Virus record (IMG/VR): IMGVR_UViG_3300047272_000350
Location: 1-58,875 of that record
Source of the DNA: a virus
Taxonomy: Duplodnaviria > Heunggongvirae > Uroviricota > Caudoviricetes
Length of the DNA: 58,875 bases
Reading direction: 5' to 3' (one strand)
The position numbers were made by a program, and so were the translations under genes. Position 1 is the first letter of the stretch. Every line of letters begins with the position of its first letter. Of the stretch, positions 16,199 to 23,897 are shown piece after piece. The notes under the pieces are model-generated. The model did not search any database, was not told the origin of the DNA, and saw only the letters and a list, made by a program, of their open reading frames with translations.

Positions 16199-16230
16199 TT
16201 TGGTAAGTATATTTATTATTTGTAACTTTG
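16199..16230 (+). promoter_or_regulatory. sigma70-type promoter (-7 TAACTTTG) for the HNH gene
   Basis: Boxes 28 bp apart. Confidence 0.75.
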
Positions 16231-16258
16231 CACTTTATAACAAGTAAAAAAAGTAATT

Positions 16259-17323
16259 ATGAAAAATACTATTAAAGATGTTACTGGTGAGGTATGGGGA
16301 GAGTTGACAATAGTAGGTCTACTCCCTTCCAAAAAGATGGGCGGTAGTTATTATAAGCAGGTGTGGTGCAAGTGCTCTTGTGGTAATACTAGATCTGCAG
16401 GGTATAAAGATCTAAAAAAAGGTAAGCTTAAGTCATGTGGGTGCCTAGTAAAAAAATCTGAAGTGTTACCAGGAGATATTTATAATTACTGGACAATTAT
16501 AGAGGAGGTATCTCCTTATAAGAATAGTAATAATAATTATATGAGAAAGTTTTATTGTAAGTGTGTATGTGGTAAAGAAAAAGAGTTAACTCTTAACTCT
16601 ATGTCTACTGGAAACTCAAAATCTTGTGGGTGTATGACTGAGTATAAATCAGGTTATAAGTTAGTTGATGAAAGTTCAGAAATATTACCTTTAGATATTA
16701 ATAAGGTTAATAAGCGTAACTTAGGTAACTGGAAGATTATAAAGGAGCTATCAAAATGGAGAAATGAAGATTTTTCAATAGAAAGATTGCTGCAAATACA
16801 ATGTAGTTGTGGTGTAACAGTTAATAGAAAACTTTCTGGGATTGGACAAAGTAAGAGTTGTAGAAAATGCTCTGATTCTATTAGGAAAGCTCTTATTCCT
16901 GAAAAAGATCGTGCTTTAAGAACTCGTCTAAGGGGCAGATTTGGAAATATGATTGCTAGGTGCCATAACGAAAATAATAAAAATTATAAATTTTATGGTG
17001 GAAGGGGTATTACAGTCTGTGAAGAGTGGAGGTATAATTTTAAGGCTTTTTACGATTGGTGTATTCTTAATAAACCGGAAGCCTATGATTTCTGCGATTT
17101 GGAAATAGATAGAAAAGACAATGATAGAGGCTATTCTCCAGACAACTGCCAATTAATAACAAAATCAGAAAACACACTAAAAAATAAATTTTTTAATATG
17201 ACTCTAGAAGATGTTTCTTTTATTCGATCTGATAAATTTGATATGAGTATGTGTAGTGATTATAAGTGCTCTAAAGAATCTATAATAAGAATTAGGAACT
17301 ACGAAATATTTAAAGATATATAA
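16259..17323 (+). CDS. HNH-type homing endonuclease with three repeated Cys-rich N-terminal domains
   Basis: Repeats of G.WT+...C.C.CG...SCGC; C-terminal YGGRGITVC.EW...IDRKDNDRGYSPDNC. Confidence 0.85.
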   Translation: MKNTIKDVTGEVWGELTIVGLLPSKKMGGSYYKQVWCKCSCGNTRSAGYKDLKKGKLKSCGCLVKKSEVLPGDIYNYWTIIEEVSPYKNSNNNYMRKFYCKCVCGKEKELTLNSMSTGNSKSCGCMTEYKSGYKLVDESSEILPLDINKVNKRNLGNWKIIKELSKWRNEDFSIERLLQIQCSCGVTVNRKLSGIGQSKSCRKCSDSIRKALIPEKDRALRTRLRGRFGNMIARCHNENNKNYKFYGGRGITVCEEWRYNFKAFYDWCILNKPEAYDFCDLEIDRKDNDRGYSPDNCQLITKSENTLKNKFFNMTLEDVSFIRSDKFDMSMCSDYKCSKESIIRIRNYEIFKDI

Positions 17324-17351
17324 AATTTTATTAGCATATACATAGGGGTAT

Positions 17352-17376
17352 AAAAAACCCCAGATCTCTCCGGGGC
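17352..17376 (-). terminator. intrinsic terminator ending the leftward middle operon
   Basis: CCCC...GGGG hairpin followed by U6. Confidence 0.65.
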
Positions 17377-17409
17377 TAGTTTGGCTTTAGTACACTTACC
17401 TGTTAGGGT

Positions 17410-17628
17410 TTATACGAATAATGATTTGACTGCATACATACAAGATGTCTCTGCTTCTGTCTGGGCTATGGATACTTCTCTTCCATTCTTATCATTTCTT
17501 AGATCCTCTAGAGTATCTATGATGTCTGCATACTTAGTCTTTAATAACTCTATTTGAGGGTTTGCTGTAACGTTGAAGTTCCTCTGTACTCTTCTTTCCC
17601 CTAATGTGGGTGGTCTTTGTTCTGACAT
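17410..17628 (-). CDS. Acb2/Tad1-like helical hairpin protein (putative immune-signal sponge)
   Basis: TLGERRV..NFN and GREVSIAQTEAETSCMYAVKS resemble the Acb2/Tad1 GR..SIA.T..E...M.A motif. Confidence 0.6.
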   Translation of the reverse strand: MSEQRPPTLGERRVQRNFNVTANPQIELLKTKYADIIDTLEDLRNDKNGREVSIAQTEAETSCMYAVKSLFV

Positions 17629-17638
17629 TTGATTTATT

Positions 17639-17974
17639 TTAGTTGGTTATTGATTCAGATGTTTTAGAACTTATCTCGTAAGTCTTCTCAAATATTCCTG
17701 GTTTGCAAGGGTAAAATTCCCCCTCTACTCCTTTGATGATGTAATCCCCTATTGAGGCAACATGCAAAGCTCTTCCATCTTCTCCGTCTTCTAAAGTTTT
17801 TATGTCCATACCTCTTTCACGAACTATTCTTACATATTCATCCCATTTATCACTTGCAATATTATGTGATAAATCTGGTTTACCATAAACAAAACTATAA
17901 GCTTCAAATATGTTCTTTCCTGTTAATTGAACTGCCTGTATATCGACTGGCTTCTTTCTATAAGTTCTTACCAT
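17639..17974 (-). CDS. conserved phage protein (YRKKPV.IQAVQ...GDYIIKGVEGEFYPCKP)
   Basis: Well-known widespread phage motif; function unknown. Confidence 0.85.
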   Translation of the reverse strand: MVRTYRKKPVDIQAVQLTGKNIFEAYSFVYGKPDLSHNIASDKWDEYVRIVRERGMDIKTLEDGEDGRALHVASIGDYIIKGVEGEFYPCKPGIFEKTYEISSKTSESITN

Positions 17975-17978
17975 AAAA

Positions 17979-18215
17979 CTAGTCTATGAATTTATTGATT
18001 TGGGAAAGTAACTTACTTGTGCTTGCTACTTCTCTTTCTACAGCTGACATCTCTTCTGCTATCTTAGACATCTGGTCTGATAATTTAGAATGGTAGGCAT
18101 CATGCTGTGCTGATAACTCAGTTAGTTCTTGATGTGCTTTGGTAAATACCCCTAATATTTGGGATTTCTTTCTGCCTAATGAGGCTGCTGTTGTTGGGAA
18201 TAAAAAATTTAACAT
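17979..18215 (-). CDS. coiled-coil hypothetical protein (78 aa)
   Basis: Heptad pattern. Confidence 0.75.
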   Translation of the reverse strand: MLNFLFPTTAASLGRKKSQILGVFTKAHQELTELSAQHDAYHSKLSDQMSKIAEEMSAVEREVASTSKLLSQINKFID

Positions 18216-18222
18216 GGTCTTT

Positions 18223-18474
18223 TTATTGGTTATTTAGTTTATCTACTCTTTCTAGGTATGCTTTTCTTGTTATTAATCCAATGTGTCTATCTACTTCTAC
18301 ATCATCTTTATAGAAGATCAATGTTGGGACGTTTCTTATGTTTGACTCTTTTACCAAACCGTCTACATCATTGTCTATGTCGATGTGTTCTACTTCTAGG
18401 CCCTCTAACTGTTTTGATACAACTGTGCATGGCCCACACCATGAAGCTCCAAACTTCTTTACTTTTACACTCAT
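18223..18474 (-). CDS. thioredoxin
   Basis: WCGPC active site; NVPTLIF cis-Pro motif. Confidence 0.92.
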   Translation of the reverse strand: MSVKVKKFGASWCGPCTVVSKQLEGLEVEHIDIDNDVDGLVKESNIRNVPTLIFYKDDVEVDRHIGLITRKAYLERVDKLNNQ

Positions 18475-18740
18475 TCTACTACTTTTAAAAATTTACCCTC
18501 TTTACTATACAGGGTGGTTAATTGAAATTTTTTGTCTAGATGATCTAGGATCGGCTTCTTGTCTCTAGGGATCCTGTTCTCAATAAATCCTCCTGGGACT
18601 TGTACCTTTTGTATATCATATTCGAATATATCAAAGAAAGTCTGTGGATTTACTTTGCCATCTTCTGACTTGTAATACTGATAAAACCAGTTTATGTCTA
18701 GCTTACCAGAGTTCCTCATTTTTATGTAGGTGTCTCTCAT
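18471..18740 (-). CDS. hypothetical protein (89 aa)
   Basis: ORF track. Confidence 0.8.
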   Translation of the reverse strand: MRDTYIKMRNSGKLDINWFYQYYKSEDGKVNPQTFFDIFEYDIQKVQVPGGFIENRIPRDKKPILDHLDKKFQLTTLYSKEGKFLKVVE

Positions 18741-18750
18741 ACTTTATATT

Positions 18751-18823
18751 TAGTAGCGTAGCGTGGAATCGAACCACCCCTCTGACTTATGAGACCAGAA
18801 TGCAACCTTTACACTTTAACGCA
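18751..18823 (-). tRNA. tRNA with CAT anticodon (Met/Ile2 type), degenerate
   Basis: Anticodon loop CTCATAA in stem CTGGT/GTCAG; T arm GTGG-TTCGATT-CCAC; mismatched acceptor stem; 3' end ACTA. Confidence 0.7.
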
Positions 18824-18829
18824 ATATTA

Positions 18830-18903
18830 TGGGGGCTGTCCAGATTTAACCCTGCCTTTGTAATCTTAACGACCAGAAGCTGTCCAGGTTTAGCCCTGCC
18901 CCC
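18830..18903 (-). ncRNA. tRNA-sized element with an internal 22-nt duplication; tRNA-Asn(GTT)-like spacing
   Basis: GGGGGC/GCCCCC closing stem; D-like arm GCT...AGC with GG; GTT at nt 34-36; anticodon stem does not pair. Confidence 0.4.
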
Positions 18904-19062
18904 AATGTTCTTAGCTTTTAAATATCCCCAGAGCTATAACTGTGCCGGCCTACGTTCCGGTGGGCATCCTCGCCTATACGATACTCCGAAGAGGTTTTTA
19001 TTTCAATCGTATCAGTAATCCCTATCTTCGATCCGTACCGGTGCACCGGCAGAGGGCTTTCT
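18904..19062 (-). ncRNA. candidate structured RNA upstream of the tRNA cluster
   Basis: GC-rich intergenic; ATACGAT/ATCGTAT stem with a CTC-TTCG-GAG hairpin; palindrome CCGGTGCACCGG; TGCCGG/CCGGCA pairing. Confidence 0.4.
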
Positions 19063-19069
19063 ATCTTTA

Positions 19070-19411
19070 CTAGAAGTACAGTGTAAACAACTCTTTGATA
19101 ACTTCTTTCTTAGGATCGATAACTCTACCTAATTGGAACATTGCTGCTGCGTCTAGAGATACACCTGGATCTTGTTTTACCCAAAATTCTTCCATAAATT
19201 TGGTATCGGTTATCTCATTTGTTTTTTTGTCTTTTGTAATACTGAATAGTGCTACTTTTACTTGTTTCATTTGATTACTGTTAATTTGTAAATACCCTAG
19301 TGATGTTGATCCAACCCCAAGTCCATAAGGAGTTGCGATTGTGGTTGTTGTGTTACCAGAGTATCCTGAGATAGCATTACTGGTACTAGTTGCTAATAAA
19401 CTGTTATTCAT
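19070..19411 (-). CDS. hypothetical protein with a Ser/Thr/Gly-rich N-terminus
   Basis: ORF track. Confidence 0.75.
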   Translation of the reverse strand: MNNSLLATSTSNAISGYSGNTTTTIATPYGLGVGSTSLGYLQINSNQMKQVKVALFSITKDKKTNEITDTKFMEEFWVKQDPGVSLDAAAMFQLGRVIDPKKEVIKELFTLYF

Positions 19412-19444
19412 ATTTTTTATTTAATACCCTAATTGTACCTGTAC

Positions 19445-19534
19445 CTTAACACCACCTACGCCTTTTGGCTGGATTCAGAACTGCCGGGAGACACCCCAAC
19501 AGCGACAGGGCTTGACTTGTGCCTTATAGGGGGG
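19445..19534 (-). ncRNA. candidate multibranched RNA downstream of groES
   Basis: CTGTCG/CGGCAG, GGGG/CTCC and GCC-AAAA-GGC helices; CCCCCCTA/TAGGTGG closing stem. Confidence 0.35.
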
Positions 19535-19780
19535 TTAGTACTTCATTAATAAATTTGTTTCGTGTGTCAAGACCAACTTGTGGTCGTCAGTCTCTTCTAC
19601 AACTTCTGCTATAACTCCGTTGAACAGAACCTCTGCTCCAATCAACAACTGTATAGATCCATGACAGTCTTCTGCTACATCTACTATGTGAACTTTTGGT
19701 TTGTTTTGGTCCTCACCAAACAACTCTTGCTCTTTTAGCACTTCTACTTTTAGTAGAACTCTTTGAAATAGTGGTTTCAT
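19535..19780 (-). CDS. groES: co-chaperonin GroES-like protein
   Basis: MKPLFQRVLLKV start typical of Cpn10; immediately downstream of groEL. Confidence 0.75.
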   Translation of the reverse strand: MKPLFQRVLLKVEVLKEQELFGEDQNKPKVHIVDVAEDCHGSIQLLIGAEVLFNGVIAEVVEETDDHKLVLTHETNLLMKY

Positions 19781-19781
19781 A

Positions 19782-21320
19782 TTATAATCCTGTGCTTGTT
19801 ATTATACAATCTGTTTGTAAAACTAGAGATGCTACTGAATTTGCATTTTCTAGGGAAACTTCGACTACTTTAGCTGAGTCTATTACTCCTCTTTCTAGCA
19901 AGTTTTCTACTTTTCTCGTTTTGACATTGATACCTTTACCGTAAACTCTTAGTCTAGGCTCGTATTTATCCTTTTCTAGTCCAGCATTTGCTAAAATTTG
20001 CTCGAAAGGCTTTTGGATTGCTGATTTTACTAAATCGTAACCATCTTTTTGGCCGCCTTTTAGTTTTCTCTTCATCTTGTACTTCGAAATGAACAATAAT
20101 GTTGATCCTCCACCGGCAACAAATCCACCTTCTAATGCAGATTTAACCGCACTTACTGCATCGTCAATTCTGTCCTTCTTTTCTTTGACTTCCAAGTCTG
20201 TAACTCCTCCAACTGTAACAATCGCTACTGCATTTCTCAAGTTTGACAACCTTTTTATCAGCTTAGACTTATCTATAGCGTCCTCTGTGTTCTCTACTTG
20301 TGTTTTTAAAGACTCAATTCTGTCTAAAAGTGCCTGGCTTCCAGTGTCTGAGATGATCACTGTTCTGCTTTTGTCAGATATGGTTTTTGAAGCATACCCT
20401 AAGACAACTTTACTCGAAAATTTGGGGGTGAAGACTTCAGCCCCTGTGAAAATAGCGAGATCCTCAAGGATACTCGTTCTATTTGCACCAAAGTCTGGGT
20501 TCATCGTTACAGTAACTCTAAATGTGCCTTGCATTTTGCTTTTTACAAGCATAGTCATTACACCTTCATCTAAGTCTTCTGCAAATATATGTAATCCTTT
20601 ACCTTCTGTCTGTGCTTTTCTAACATGCTCTGCAATATCGTTTACTGCATTTATCTTACCGTCATAAATCAAGATATAAGCATCATTAAGTTCAGCTGTT
20701 GCTGTGCTTGAATCAGTTATAAAGTGTGGTAATGACCATCCTCTGTCCAAAGACATTCCTTCTATATAGTTTACAGTGGTATCTTTTGCTACGCCTTCTT
20801 GAACATCTACTGTCCCATCAACGCCTATCTTTTTGTATACATCTGCAATAATCCCCCCTACAATTACGTCATTGTTTGCAGATATAGTAGCTATTTGTTT
20901 GACTTCTTTTTCTCCTACATCTTTTCTCAAAGATCTCAAAGCAGCTTTAACATCGTCAATAGCTATAGACATACCTTCTCTCAACTCTACATGGGATATA
21001 CCAGAATCTAGTTTTTCAATACCTTTGTTAATCAACTCTTGTGTGATAACAGTCGCTGTTGTTGTACCATCTCCTACTAAGTCTACCGTTCTTCTTGCTG
21101 CCTCTTTGATAAGTTTAGCACCAAGCTCTTCATAAGCATCTTCTAAGTGAATACTCTCAGCAACAGTTACACCGTCTTTAGTAATGTGAGGCTTGAATCC
21201 CATCTTATTCTCTATAATAACAGTTTTACCTTCTGCACCCATTGTGGTCTTGACTGCATCAGATACTGTATTTATTCCCTTAATAAGGGACTCCTTAGCT
21301 TCTTTTCCTATTTTTAACAT
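19782..21320 (-). CDS. groEL: chaperonin GroEL
   Basis: TKDGVTVA, GDGTTTATV, ISANND, DDAVSAVKSALEGGFVAGGG, GVIDSAKV; no GGM tail. Confidence 0.96.
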   Translation of the reverse strand: MLKIGKEAKESLIKGINTVSDAVKTTMGAEGKTVIIENKMGFKPHITKDGVTVAESIHLEDAYEELGAKLIKEAARRTVDLVGDGTTTATVITQELINKGIEKLDSGISHVELREGMSIAIDDVKAALRSLRKDVGEKEVKQIATISANNDVIVGGIIADVYKKIGVDGTVDVQEGVAKDTTVNYIEGMSLDRGWSLPHFITDSSTATAELNDAYILIYDGKINAVNDIAEHVRKAQTEGKGLHIFAEDLDEGVMTMLVKSKMQGTFRVTVTMNPDFGANRTSILEDLAIFTGAEVFTPKFSSKVVLGYASKTISDKSRTVIISDTGSQALLDRIESLKTQVENTEDAIDKSKLIKRLSNLRNAVAIVTVGGVTDLEVKEKKDRIDDAVSAVKSALEGGFVAGGGSTLLFISKYKMKRKLKGGQKDGYDLVKSAIQKPFEQILANAGLEKDKYEPRLRVYGKGINVKTRKVENLLERGVIDSAKVVEVSLENANSVASLVLQTDCIITSTGL

Positions 21321-21328
21321 TTGTCTTT

Positions 21329-21523
21329 TTATTGTTTATTTGGGTAAAAATCCCCGGCTTCTTTTAATAATCTTTGGTGTTCCTCCCAAAGTCTTGTAAA
21401 TCTTAATCTATCTTTTTCCCAGTTACCAGAAAGGCCCGGAAATAACATTTTTAGATCACCAGACTCCTTGAAAGAATTATACTGTTTCTGTATCTGACTC
21501 TCCTCGCTCATATATTTTTTCAT
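21329..21523 (-). CDS. hypothetical protein (64 aa)
   Basis: ORF track. Confidence 0.75.
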   Translation of the reverse strand: MKKYMSEESQIQKQYNSFKESGDLKMLFPGLSGNWEKDRLRFTRLWEEHQRLLKEAGDFYPNKQ

Positions 21524-21785
21524 TTAAGTTATACAATAGCGTTTTGAAATCATTAACCTCTAATAAGAATAAAGGTTTGTCTATACGGTACACTATTTTA
21601 TCTTTTCCACCAAATTCATTCTTGATGTGTGCAATAAAAGCATCATACTCTTCTAAAATACCAGTTTCTTTGTTTACTGACTTTTCTTTAGAAAAGGAGA
21701 GGTAAGTACATACCTCCCCTAATTGTTGTTTAACTGCAGCTAAGCTTCGCTTTAGATATGACGAAAGTAATTGCTCGTTATTCAT
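21477..21785 (-). CDS. hypothetical protein (102 aa)
   Basis: ORF track. Confidence 0.75.
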   Translation of the reverse strand: MNNEQLLSSYLKRSLAAVKQQLGEVCTYLSFSKEKSVNKETGILEEYDAFIAHIKNEFGGKDKIVYRIDKPLFLLEVNDFKTLLYNLNEKIYERGESDTETV

Positions 21786-21790
21786 AACTT

Positions 21791-22198
21791 TTAATTTGCT
21801 TTCGCTTTGCTAGCTTCTTCTAATTCCTCTTTAGACTTAGCATTCCCCATTTCAACATTTCTAGTGTGAATTTCTAGAATAAGTTGTTGAGCCTCTACCA
21901 TATCCGGTGTAAGTTTAGTTGAATACTTAAACTTAACATTTCTAGGGTTGAATGTAGCCTCTCTGTCTGTAACCGGTACTACTTTACCTGATGCTAAATC
22001 TGCATCACTAGGGTTTTCAACAAATGAAGAGTCTTCAGTATTCACATACTTCAAGATCTCCGGCATATAGCTCTCAGATGTAGCGTTGATACCATGTTCA
22101 ACAGCTGCTTTCATCATCATAAACTCTCTTGCTGAGATTGTAATCTGTTCGTCACCTAAGTAACCGTAATTCATTGGATTTTTTACTTCTGCTTCCAT
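21791..22198 (-). CDS. hypothetical protein (135 aa)
   Basis: ORF track. Confidence 0.8.
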   Translation of the reverse strand: MEAEVKNPMNYGYLGDEQITISAREFMMMKAAVEHGINATSESYMPEILKYVNTEDSSFVENPSDADLASGKVVPVTDREATFNPRNVKFKYSTKLTPDMVEAQQLILEIHTRNVEMGNAKSKEELEEASKAKAN

Positions 22199-22201
22199 GT
22201 C

Positions 22202-22468
22202 TTATTCTCCTTTTGCAACTTTCTCTTCTACTGGAGTGTACTCACCAGTTTCGATGTTAATATTTACTCTTCCGTAAGATTCCTCTAAAGTTTTTTGGAA
22301 GTTTACGAACTCTTCATCTTTAGCTTTTGTTTGAGCTAAGATACTAGCTTTGTCTGTCTCGTATCTAAGAGTAGCATCACCTAATGCTAACTTTGCATTT
22401 GCAAAAAAGTTAGTAAACTCTTTTACTGTTACTAAATGCTCTTCTGAAATTTTGTTTTCTTTTGACAT
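22202..22468 (-). CDS. coiled-coil hypothetical protein (88 aa, LEESYGRVNINIETGEY)
   Basis: ORF track. Confidence 0.8.
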   Translation of the reverse strand: MSKENKISEEHLVTVKEFTNFFANAKLALGDATLRYETDKASILAQTKAKDEEFVNFQKTLEESYGRVNINIETGEYTPVEEKVAKGE

Positions 22469-22498
22469 TGTCTTAAAATTTTGGTTTATTTATAATTA

Positions 22499-23263
22499 TT
22501 AAAATGGTAAATCGTCATCGTCCTCTTCTGATGATGTAGGGACTGGCTCAAATGCTTGTTCTGGAGTAGCTGTTGGTACCGATTTTGGTTCTGCTTTAGC
22601 TGGCTCTGTTTTAGGTGCTTCTGTTTCAGGTACTTCTGCAGTACTTTTTGTATCGGCAGATTCATCTTTTTTCCAAGTTAACCTTTTTTCTTCTGTTTCT
22701 AACAACCCTAAAAGGTAAGCATCTTTAGATTCAATTGAAGCAGCTGATGGTTTCTTTTTTCCAAGTTTTTCTACCCACACAATAGCAGGAACATCTCCAG
22801 GAACTAGTTCTCCATCTTTGTAATAGCTATTAGTGATGTCTGATTTTAATTTCTCACCACTAGCTTTTATGCTAAATCCAATTTTAGAGTAAAGGCTATC
22901 TTCTGGTTTAAAGTTATAACCTTGAACTGTCAGGTTTTGGCCTTTTTCTAATTTAGGTAAAAGTTTAATTAAACTCTCAGCATACGTGTTGTCTACTTGA
23001 CCTTTTTGGTCGTAAATAGCAACTGGTAAATAGAAGATCTCATCTTCTTTTTTAAGACTAATAGAAATCTGTTGTCCAAACTTCCCATCATAAATAGAAA
23101 TAGAGTCTAATACTCCTTCTACTCCGTCTTTGTAATACTTTCTGTAACTTGTATTACCTTTTGTTGATACGTGCTTTACATATCCATCTTTTTCTTCTTT
23201 TGAATAGTCAAAAAAATGACCTGATCCAAACTCTAACTGTAAATAATTTTTACTTAACGCCAT
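22499..23263 (-). CDS. putative single-stranded DNA-binding protein
   Basis: Beta-rich N-domain, P/A/E/K linker and acidic EEDDDDLPF tail typical of SSBs. Confidence 0.7.
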   Translation of the reverse strand: MALSKNYLQLEFGSGHFFDYSKEEKDGYVKHVSTKGNTSYRKYYKDGVEGVLDSISIYDGKFGQQISISLKKEDEIFYLPVAIYDQKGQVDNTYAESLIKLLPKLEKGQNLTVQGYNFKPEDSLYSKIGFSIKASGEKLKSDITNSYYKDGELVPGDVPAIVWVEKLGKKKPSAASIESKDAYLLGLLETEEKRLTWKKDESADTKSTAEVPETEAPKTEPAKAEPKSVPTATPEQAFEPVPTSSEEDDDDLPF

Positions 23264-23654
23264 CTTTACTTTTTTTACTTAACTTATTAATTTTTGCTTC
23301 AATCTCTTCTACTGTTTCTTTTACTGATGCTCTGTAGTCTATATCTAAATAGATTGTGGAGCCTTCTTTTTCTCCTGCCACAAAGAATACTAAGCTATCT
23401 AGCCTAAATCTAGCAGGACTTTCTAACTTCTCCATATCATCTTCGTCAACTTTAAATTGAGAAGTTTCTTGGTTATCTTCAAACTCTTCTGGTGGATCTA
23501 TACCAAGATCTCTATAAAACTCAGCATCTCTGCCATAAGAGTCTTTAGATTGACCTCCACCACCAATACCTTTCATAAAAGATTTTGTAATATTATCTTT
23601 TACTTCTTTTTTTAGCCTCATTGTAATAACAGTAAGGTCTATAAATTCACTCAT
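23250..23654 (-). CDS. hypothetical protein (134 aa)
   Basis: ORF track. Confidence 0.8.
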   Translation of the reverse strand: MSEFIDLTVITMRLKKEVKDNITKSFMKGIGGGGQSKDSYGRDAEFYRDLGIDPPEEFEDNQETSQFKVDEDDMEKLESPARFRLDSLVFFVAGEKEGSTIYLDIDYRASVKETVEEIEAKINKLSKKSKDGVK

Positions 23655-23663
23655 ACTTTACTT

Positions 23664-23840
23664 TTAAATTAAATCTTCTTTTCTTGCCTTATGCCTAGTA
23701 GCTAAATGACCTTCTACTAATTTTGTTATATAAACTTTATCCTTTATTACCTTGACGGTTATGTTAGATTCCCAGCTTATACTTTCTCTAGTTACTTCTT
23801 CTCCGTCTAAGTAATAAGTAAACTTTATTTCTTCACTCAT
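23664..23840 (-). CDS. hypothetical protein (58 aa, MSEEIKFTYYLDG...)
   Basis: Manual translation; first ORF after a promoter. Confidence 0.7.
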   Translation of the reverse strand: MSEEIKFTYYLDGEEVTRESISWESNITVKVIKDKVYITKLVEGHLATRHKARKEDLI

Positions 23841-23861
23841 GTCTATATTTTAATTCTTTTG

Positions 23862-23892
23862 CAAAGGTACAACAATTTTTTTAAACTACAAA
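23862..23892 (-). promoter_or_regulatory. sigma70-type promoter (-7 TACCTTTG)
   Basis: Boxes 27 bp apart. Confidence 0.8.
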
Positions 23893-23897
23893 ATTTT

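Noticed and set aside
18830-18860. tmRNA end (GGGGCTG / CAGCCCC resemblance)
   Set aside because: A matching other end about 350-400 nt away would lie inside ORF 19070..19411, and no tag ORF was identified
19455-19485. TPP riboswitch-like CTGA...GGCGTAGG
   Set aside because: The GCTGAGA and TACCC elements are missing, and no thiamine-related gene lies downstream
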